DNA of 64,000 bases from Eledone cirrhosa (taxonomy: Eukaryota), in contig OZ024745.1 in NCBI GenBank assembly GCA_964016885.1, forward strand, positions 82,274,001-82,338,000, written 5' to 3'. Under the pieces are notes generated by a model. It was not told the DNA's origin, did no database searches, and was given only the letters and a program-made list of their open reading frames with translations. The position numbers and the translations under genes were made by a program. Shown here piece after piece: positions 55,451 to 64,000 of this stretch. The first letter of the stretch is position 1, and each line of letters begins with the position of its first letter.

Positions 55451-55670
55451 TATTCCTACTCGATCGACTTTCGTCAAATCGGATCGAGGAAACAATGATT
55501 CCGTCGGTCTTTCCAGTTGCTAAAACTATCTATCGGTTGCAACTCCAGGTAGAAGGAGCAACGTGAAATAAAGTCTCTTGCTCAAGGACATAACGCATCG
55601 GCCGGTCCAGGAATCGAACTCACAACCTCAAGATTGTGAATCCAATTCTCTAACCACTCAGCAACACGCC
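55451..55670 (-). mobile_element. tRNA-derived SINE family B (CORE-like)
   Basis: Near-exact reverse complement of 56643-56862. Confidence 0.88.
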
Positions 55671-55778
55671 TATATAAATATTTATACCCTTTATTATTTC
55701 CTTACCTTATAAAATTATGTTTTTTCACAAAAAAGTATTCTGTCTCTTATATATTCCATGTGCCATTACCAACCTCAA

Positions 55779-56162
<384 letters not shown>

Positions 56163-56391
56163 CAGTGTTGAACAAAAAGGTGACGTGGTTGCCTTAACAC
56201 CGTATGGCATAAATTCAGGCTGTTCAGTTTGTTGACAAACGAACAAAGCGGCGTTATAATAAGCGTCCGCTAAACTGATATATATATATGTATTGAAATT
56301 TCAGTTAGAAACAGAAAAGGTCATAGAAATGAAGAGTGCTCTATGTCAGTATCAGAGCAAAATTTAATGTATAAAATCAATACAATATTAT

Positions 56392-56465
56392 TACCTCATT
56401 ACCAGAGGTTTCCCGAATGAGGCGAATACGAAATAAACGACTTCATTCGTTCGTCAGATGAGGTA
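56392..56465 (-). ncRNA. Type I hammerhead ribozyme
   Basis: Reverse complement: tacctcat-CTGACGA-a cgaatga...tcattcg g-GAAA-cctctgg-TA-atgaggta. Confidence 0.8.
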
Positions 56466-56468
56466 TTG

Positions 56469-56538
56469 CCTCGTCTGACGAACGAATGAAGTCGTTTATT
56501 TCGTATTCGCCTCATTTGGGAAACCTCTGGTAATGAGG
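56469..56538 (+). ncRNA. Type I hammerhead ribozyme (mirror arm)
   Basis: cctcgt-CTGACGA-acgaatga...tcatttgg-GAAA-cctctgg-TA-atgagg. Confidence 0.75.
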
Positions 56539-56567
56539 TAATAATATTGTATTGATTTTATACATTA

Positions 56568-56642
<75 letters not shown>

Positions 56643-56645
<3 letters not shown>

Positions 56646-56862
56646 CGTGTTGCTGAGTGGTTAGAGAATTGGATTCACAATCTTGAGGTTGTGAGTTCGA
56701 TTCCTGGACCGGCCGATGCGTTATGTCCTTGAGCAAGACACTTTATTTCACGTTGCTCCTTCTACCTGGAGTTGCAACCGATAGATAGTATTAGCAACTG
56801 GAAAGACCGACGGAATCATTGTTTCCTCGGTCCGATTTGCCGAAAGTCGATCGAGTAGGAAT
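56643..56862 (+). mobile_element. tRNA-derived SINE family B (CORE-like)
   Basis: A box ttgctgagtgg, B box gagttcgattcc, then tccttgagcaagacactt. Confidence 0.88.
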
Positions 56863-57560
56863 ATATATATATATATATATATTTCACTGTCATTTATACA
56901 CCTGTACGAGACAATAAATATAGAAATTGATGGAGACGAATGTGCTGCCAGAAATATACTCCTCAATATATGTAATAGAAAGAGAGAGGGGGAGTGAGAG
57001 GGAGATGAGAGGGAGAGAAAGAGAGTGAGAGGAAGACATAAAGAGAAACTTAGTTGCTGAGGTTTTACAATTTATATCTATTATTGTAGGTCATAGAACC
57101 TTCCCTCCATGTTGAGCATGAGGCACATTAAATGTATTCATCTACAATTTCCGACATTATTATCGACTCTCTTTCGCTAGGCCTTATATAATACTAAATA
57201 TTGTTCTGAAATATGGGAAAACGACGAAAAAATAATATATCTAAATACAATTAAGTATATTTATGTACGGATATTGTATTAATTTTATTCTCCTGGTGAC
57301 AATCATAAAAAAGATAGTAATAATGAATAATTTCGACAGAATAATTCCAAGGATATATTTCTGCTATCAATACAATATATATCTCCCTAAGGTAATTATA
57401 GAAAAAACAAGCAAACAAATAAAGGTTATCCACGACAACTTCTTGCATTTTCCACAATTCTCGTTTGTTGCCACCATCCTCATTTCTTTCTTCTCACCAA
57501 AAACTCCTTGTGTACATGACTAAATCAATATATTTACAATGTCACTTCTCGGAAACCAGT

Positions 57561-57766
57561 TTACATTAAGGTTTTTCTGTAAACACTTATATCCGGTAAT
57601 ACTCGAAGTATGAGTTTGTCACATGACGCAACCATATCATGTGCATCTTCTACAGTCATGCAACTCGTAGTTATGCCATTGATTTCAAGTATTTCATCAC
57701 CAATGCTCAAAAGTCCTGCAAACATTTTAGCAGGATAGCCATCACTAAATCGTGATACATATATGC
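57561..57766 (-). CDS. Last coding exon of a PDZ-domain protein (KIAA1614/Par-6-like PDZ, C-terminal half)
   Basis: Acceptor tttttgtcttacag. IYVSRFSDGYPAKMFAGLLSIGDEILEINGITTSCMTVEDAHDMVASCDKLILRVLP...stop. Phase 1, matching the upstream exon. Confidence 0.85.
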
Positions 57767-58061
57767 CTGTAAGACAAAAATATATAATTATAAAATATAA
57801 ACGGAAAAAATGAAACGAAATTTCATTTCTCACTCTTAGTACGGCTGTTACTTAAATATAAGTATGTATACGTACATACATATATGTATACAGACGTACA
57901 GTAGTATGTATATATACAAACATGCACACATATATATATGTACGTATGGATTCACCGAACATTTATTATAATGCTCGGTGTGTTTGTAAACAAACATCCC
58001 GAATTAAGCCGTACAGTGTCTCGCAACCATCGTTGCTCATTTGTTCAACCCTGACAAAGGA

Positions 58062-58104
58062 ACGCTGTGCTAGTTTCAAGCTTATTAGCTATCGTCAGCA
58101 ACGT
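58062..58104 (-). ncRNA. Hammerhead motif with mutated cleavage site (U16.1 to C)
   Basis: Reverse complement: acgttg-CTGACGA-t agct aata agct t-GAAA-ctag-CA-cagcgt. Confidence 0.65.
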
Positions 58105-58782
58105 ATACCTTCCTGCCAGATGATTGAACGTCTGAAAATAAATAATTATTTTCAGACGTTCAATCATCTGGCAGGAAGGTATACGTTGCTGACTACTGTA
58201 CGTCTGTATACATATATACGTCTGTATACATATATGTATGTACGTATACATACTTATATAAAATATAGTTATCACAAAAAAATATGTAATAAATTTACTT
58301 TAAAAAAAGTACTTTCAATCCTAGTTGTATATCTTATTCTGAAAAACATCTCGCTCTTTCTCTCGCCTCTTGCTCTTTCCCTCACCTCTCCCACGTTCTC
58401 TCACCCGTCTCTTGCTCCTTCTCTCGCCCCTCTCTCTCTCGCTCTCTTTCTCTCTCTTACTTTGTCAACATATCTTCTCCCACCCCAACTCTCAGACTTC
58501 CTCCTTCTACCTTGAATAATTTATGATATTGTTGAAAGAGAGACGGTACACAAAAATATTTCCCAGTTTACTTAAAGCACTGTTTTTAACGGATCTTCTG
58601 TGTAATAAATTCACAGAAAGGAACGTAGAACAACGCTTGCTACACGTTCAACTTTGAAATATACACAAATAGAAACGGTGTAAGCTATGGAGTTTCAATA
58701 ATGTGGTTCTAGAGCGGTAATATAAATAAAGAGCCATACTCCGCTGTAAAAAAAAAAAAAAAGACTAAACATATAAACCAGT

Positions 58783-58857
58783 ACGGGTCGATAAAATAAA
58801 GTACCAGTAATGTACTAGCTAATTGCTGGCCTTGTGCCAAAAGTAGAAATAATTATT
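58783..58857 (+). mobile_element. SINE family A 3' half
   Basis: ggtcgataaaataaagtaccagtaatg..gtgccaaaagtagaaataattattatt. Confidence 0.75.
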
Positions 58858-59619
58858 ATTATAGTCTTTCCATTGTTTTATATTTCTGTCTATCTTGCTT
58901 TTACTTCTTAACTGTAAGGGGTGTTAGATATTCGCCCTAGTCTGTAATGGCTTACTAGCTTTATACGGTCATTAAAATTGATTAACTAGATAAATAAACA
59001 TTATATTGGGTGTTGCATTTATAATTTTATACATCCTGTTGGATCACAGTTTAAATTTTTGTTGAACATTATATTTCTGTTCTAAGTTTGAGTTAATATA
59101 ATGCAGAAAATGATAAAAACCTTTATTATTCTATCGGTCTTGTGCCAGTGTAATAGCATCACATTTGTATTCCCCGTGTGAATACTAATTCCAGAAAGTC
59201 GAAGGAAATGATTTCTATCAGATCTGAAGACGTAAGACGAAACCGACTTAGTTTCTTAGCTACTAGTGTTTCTAACAGAGATATAAGGCAAACAAAAAAA
59301 AAAAAAAATGAGGATAGGATTTAGCCGATGAAATCAACTCAGTACTTGACTGGTATTTTATTTTATCAATCCCGGAAGGATGAAAGGGTAAGTTTGTTAT
59401 TGTGAGACTTAAGTTCAAAACTTAAGGAGCCAGGACAAATATCAGAAGATATTTGACCCCACGCTCAAACTATTCCGTGTATTTATTTATTGTTTTAATC
59501 ATAAATTTCATTCGTAGCTGTTTCAGAAAGAATTGAAGATTTTTGTTGGTTAGGTTTTATATCCAACTATTTCCAGCATCACATTTATGATATATATAAA
59601 AAAAAGTCTAAAGTCTGTC

Positions 59620-60290
59620 TCGAACCCGGAGGCTCATCGGGTCGGTGTTTATCTCGGTTTACATAACGTTAAGCGACTGAGAGTACCAGACTCTCCTGGA
59701 CAAGACGCCAGTCCATCGCAGGGTTAAACCCCAGTTACTGTTGGTACTCATTATTAGTTGGCAGTATCGGTAGAGGGTTTGACGCCATGCTTTCCAGCAT
59801 AGTTACGTCCCTTTACGATCTGAGTTCAAATCCCGCCGAGGTTTACTTTGCCTTTCATCCTTACGGGGTCGATAAAATAAAGTACCAGTAATGCACTGGA
59901 TAATTGCTGGCCTTGTGCCTAAAGTAGAAACAATTATTAGTTGAGTATACCATTCTGAGTTGCCATTCTGAGTTCAAATCCCGCCGAGGTTAACTTTGCC
60001 TTTCATCCTTACGGGGTCGATAAAATAAAGTACCAGTAATACACTGGTGAATTGTTGGTCTTGTGCCTAACGTAGAAACAATTATTAGTTGAGTATACTG
60101 AGGCCCAAGTTGTCGACCTCCTCGCGGTGGGCGCTGGAAACTTATCTCTGATTTCGATCAAGTGAACGACAACAACCTAAGTCAGCAAGTCTCGTACACA
60201 AGAAGACAACACACAACCTAGTCCAGGAATTGAACCCACGATATTATGATTATAAATCTGATACCCTTACCACTCGGTCACATGCCTCCA
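59620..60290 (-). mobile_element. Old tRNA-derived SINE interrupted by two family A SINEs (59757-59937 and 59967-60085, +) and an HDV-like insert
   Basis: Head ccaggaattgaacccacga..taccactcggtcacatgcctcca. Tail ccagtccatcgcagggtta..ggtactcatt. attattagttg is repeated at the junctions. Confidence 0.7.
60100..60173 (+). ncRNA. HDV-like ribozyme relic (probably inactive)
   Basis: P2 gttgtcg/cgacaac; P3 acc/ggt; L3 tcctcgc; P1 3' strand gggcgct followed by gg; P4 cttatc/gatcaag; J4/2 tgaa. Confidence 0.75.
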
Positions 60291-61848
60291 CCTAAATACT
60301 ATATATACCTAAGTGATTTGATCTCGCCTAATGTTTAAATTACTATTTTCGTTGGCTATAACACAGTCTATTAGACAGTTGATGTCTAAATTGACATTGG
60401 TTTCTTTGTCCATTTATGTTTAGCAATAAATATATGATCCCGTGTTTCCATGGTTTGGTACGTAGTTCTGCGCTTGCTTGTGTCGTTATTTATTCTTTGT
60501 GTTACAGAGTTAACAAGTTGCTTGAATCTTTCAGGGACTTGATATCTAATATATTGTGTATTGACATTTTATTTGCTTTTCCACCCAGCTCTGCTTTCTA
60601 CAACAGTTTCAAGAATGTTTCATTTTCATTTTGTCCCTTGCTCAATCTATATAGAAAAACATATTTCCTTTTACCTCTAACTGCTTTCTTTCTAATCATA
60701 CCACGATCACTGGTCTGATTCTCAATCTTCTTCCTCCATGCTTGTATCATACTTCTATCATACTTATTTTCTATCACATGTAGGATATAGTCATACTTCT
60801 TTTAAATATTAAACATTTTTATAATTCAAATAGAATTCTAAAGATATGCTAGTTTCAACAACATTGAGTATATAGATTTGAACGTCAGTATTCGTTTTTC
60901 AGTCGAATCATGCATCTATGTTTAGTCTACTTAGAATATTTTTCTCTGAATGATTAAACTAGCTAAAAGTAAATCATTACTGCTTCAAGGTATTCTTATC
61001 GGATCTTCGATTTTTTCCCCTAACCTCTATTGTACACCCCAATATGAACTTTTGTGTACTACCTTCATTATATTCAGAAAAGAAATGTAATCAATAAACC
61101 ATCCTTTCCTGAAAGTCTTCTATTATTTGCCCAACAGAATAATGTTTCCTCTGCTACATGTTCCCAGTATTACAGTATTTTAAAACTTATTAGCTGATTC
61201 ACTGAAATCTATCAATTTCTGTTTGCCTTCTTAGTTCAACTCCTGTTAAGGTAAACTTCGCCTTTCGTCCAATAGATAGTCAATATAATAAAGCACCAGT
61301 TCAAGTTAGGTGATTGGCAGAATTGTTAGTGTCGGTTGAGATACTGTCGGATCATTGCGATCTGAGTTCAAATTTTGCTATGGCCTACTAGTGTGGTTGA
61401 ATTAATTGGTCGTTTAGTTTATCACCAACACCTAGCCCGTGGATGTATTTAGCGGAGTCATTGCAAGCATTCAGGTGAGATCTCCAGTTTGAAGATATCT
61501 TCCTCTTTTCTTCCATCAGTCTCGGAGGCTCTGATAAGGTTATGGGCACAGCCTTTCCCGCCCTGATTAAAAAAAAAAAAGGATTCATATTGTCGTTTTA
61601 CTCCCAATTTCTATGTTTAGATATATATTTCAAGGACCGCCTCTCTGTTACAGACCATGTTTTTCGTAGGTATTCTAACTCCCACCTATTTATGATCTAT
61701 ATCATTTACATTAATCTAACTCAGCATATACCCGAGACATTCTTCGCCATTTCTGCGTTTGTTATTAATTGTTGAGAATAAAAGCGATGGCTTCTCTTTG
61801 AACCGTCTATGATTATATTATGCCAATGTAACAACACATAAAACTTAC

Positions 61849-62057
61849 TATAACCGTGGTGGTGTTTAACACGAGTCATGTAAATGCCACACAAACCATG
61901 AGGAGGCTGTGTTAACTCAATAATTCTGGTACCATCTAAGCACATCTCTAATATACGCCCAATTACTCTGAAGTGGGTCGGAGCGTCTACATCATTCGCA
62001 AGTACTGCTGGCTTCTTTTTTCGTTGAAGTTTATCAAAAAATGCCGATATTCTTGAC
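61849..62057 (-). CDS. Internal coding exon of the same PDZ protein (N-terminal half of the PDZ)
   Basis: Acceptor atttcag and donor gtaagt. Open frame SRISAFFDKLQRKKKPAVLANDVDAPTHFRVIGRILEMCLDGTRIIELTQPPHGLCGIYMTRVKHHHGY, splicing in frame to 57766. Confidence 0.8.
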
Positions 62058-63046
62058 CTGAAATCATTGAAATAAGTTGATTATTACAACAAAAAATGAA
62101 CAAAACTCATTATGAAATCACATAATATTGATATTAGGGATTCGAAGATATTGAATGCTTTATTTAACGTTTGCAGTTATATAATAATTCAAACATGTCA
62201 TTATGAAGAGAGGCATCTGTTGGCGATATTGGTTAATGTTTTTTTTTGTGATTTAGGGGTGAGATGTTTGAGTAATCATAAATGGGAGTTGTATCGGAAA
62301 TAGTTTCCCGAATGGCACTGTTAGACGAAACCGAGTCAAATATTTTCGGCTCAAAATGGAAAACAGATTATGAATTCAGTCAGTATCTTAGAAGATCACA
62401 CTATAGAGAGCGGCGCTTTAAAACGTATTAATATTGGTATCTTTCAACAAGAAGGGAAATGAAATGTGAAATTGCAGTTTGGCGAATGGAGAAGAGAAAG
62501 CTTTCTATCTGTTGTAGAATCTATCTAGCAGCCTGGACATATGGGAAGCTTACCCCTTACATTTCGATACTCGTCTCAGTAAATATGGATATTAACATAA
62601 ATTATGAATGCTTTCTTATTGAGTATGCACAATGGCAAACATAGTTCTTCATCTGGAGATAGAATGAGAAATAAAAGATGAAATAGAAAGATAACATGTG
62701 AGAAGAGAAAGGACCAGAAACAAATTTTGGGGGAAGAAAAAACACGTGTTCAGTCAGTTATTCGAAACACATCGTATCTTCAGCTCATATTGTTCTTACA
62801 GTGTTTAATTCATATTCTTTCCTTTACTTACTCTACTTCGATAAAGGAATCCACCCGAAAAGGCATATCCCTTCTTTCCTTTCTATTCTCTGTAAATATT
62901 TATACAGTACACACATTATTCTTATTTGTGTGCAAATGTGTTCTCAATCATGTCTTTATTTCACAATTGTTTTCAATCTTTGTTTATGTCATTAACTTTT
63001 AAGTTTTAACTGTTTGCTTCAGCGTCCATTTGTGTCAGCCTGACTT

Positions 63047-63262
63047 AGGGCGGTGGATTGGCATTATCGGTAGAGAGACGGACACGATGCTTTGCAGCAT
63101 AGAGTTACGGTCCTTTACGGTCTGAGTTCAAATCCCGCCGAAGTTAACTTTGCCTTTCATCCTTACGGGGTCGATAACATAAAGCACCAGTAATGTACTG
63201 GGGTCGATTTAATCGACTTTCCCCTCCCCCATTACTGGCCTTGTGACTATACTAGAAATCAT
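63047..63262 (+). mobile_element. SINE family A, full length
   Basis: gggcggtggattggca head, B box gagttcaaatcc, core and (ATT)n tail. Confidence 0.88.
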
Positions 63263-64000
63263 CATTATTATTATTATTGTTGTTATTCCTTGAATCTCAG
63301 TCATTGATGTTGGTTAACTGGAAAGTCCGTTGGATTGAATATCAAGCCACTACCTGCAGCCTCAGATATTCAGGACGTATCGGAGGGTTCTTGCTGTTCC
63401 AAGCAAGCATGCCTTTTGAAGCGTTCCAAAAAGCGTGAAGGGGCCGATTTTCTTTAACCATCCCTGGAAACTTTTGGAGATAGTCCCCAGTGCGCCTATG
63501 ACAATCGGGATCACTTTGACTTCATGGCAGTTCCAAATCCTTTTCACCTCCCACTTTAGGTCCTGGTATCGGTTAATTTTCTCCCTCTCCTTCTCTTGCA
63601 CTCTCGTGTCGAACGGGCGGCAGGCCACATCCACAATCAGACACGATCTTTTTTCTTTGCCCACAACCACCAGGTCAGGTCTATTGTGTTCCAGTTTTTT
63701 GTCCGTCTGTATCCTAAAATCCCTCAGCACCTTCACCTGATTGTTCTCCATCACCGCCTCTGGCCTATGCTCATACCATTTCTCAGAATGTGGTAAATTG
63801 TTTACTTTGCACAGGTGCCAGTGGATCACCCTGCCCATCACATCGTGTCTCCAGCCCTTATAGTGGGTCTGGGCTAGGTGTTTACACTCGGACACAATGT
63901 GAGCCACAGTCTCCTCTCTCTCTCCACAGATCCTGCACAGTGGGCTAGCCTCCTCCTTGTAGATATGGTGCTTCAACCACTTCGTTTTGAGGGCCTGCTC
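63263..64000 (-). mobile_element. R4/Dong element 3' end (same family as 32794-35513), continues beyond the window
   Basis: CRICGEREETVAHIVSEC, RHD, NRPDLVV, PIVIGALG..RYVLNI and the same 3' UTR. Confidence 0.92.

Larger units (their letters stand above)
56365..56567. repeat. Near-perfect palindrome (arms about 100 bp) with a hammerhead on each strand
   Basis: taatgtataaaatc...gattttatacatta. Confidence 0.92.

Noticed and set aside
56643-56715. tRNA gene
   Set aside because: A and B boxes are present but there is no acceptor stem, and the sequence continues into a SINE body.
61388-61565. Extra exon of the PDZ gene
   Set aside because: Good acceptor, but the phase required by the upstream exon meets a stop within 7 codons, and the flanking exons already join in frame.

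Overview
AT-rich eukaryotic DNA, most likely an octopod cephalopod (inferred from the SINE families and microsatellite load). It opens with about 10.9 kb of a 44-bp satellite with higher-order structure. The rest is mostly repeats: three R4/Dong-type non-LTR retrotransposons sitting in (TAA)n, three Penelope-like elements (PLEs), two RTE fragments, a mariner relic and many tRNA-derived SINEs. Two minus-strand exons encode the C-terminal PDZ domain of a host gene (KIAA1614/Par-6-like PDZ). The most striking signal is non-coding. By manual folding I find about 19 type I hammerhead ribozyme (HHR) motifs from about 12 unrelated sequence families, in PLE pseudo-LTRs and in small non-coding tandem or inverted units next to (TA)n tracts. 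They include a retrozyme-like 318-nt repeat, and they show recurring core variants (U3-A8, C4, a mismatch at the base of helix II). There is also an HDV-like ribozyme relic and a nested double-pseudoknot candidate in a Dong 5' UTR. All RNA structures were folded by eye and none is tested. Clade names are tentative.
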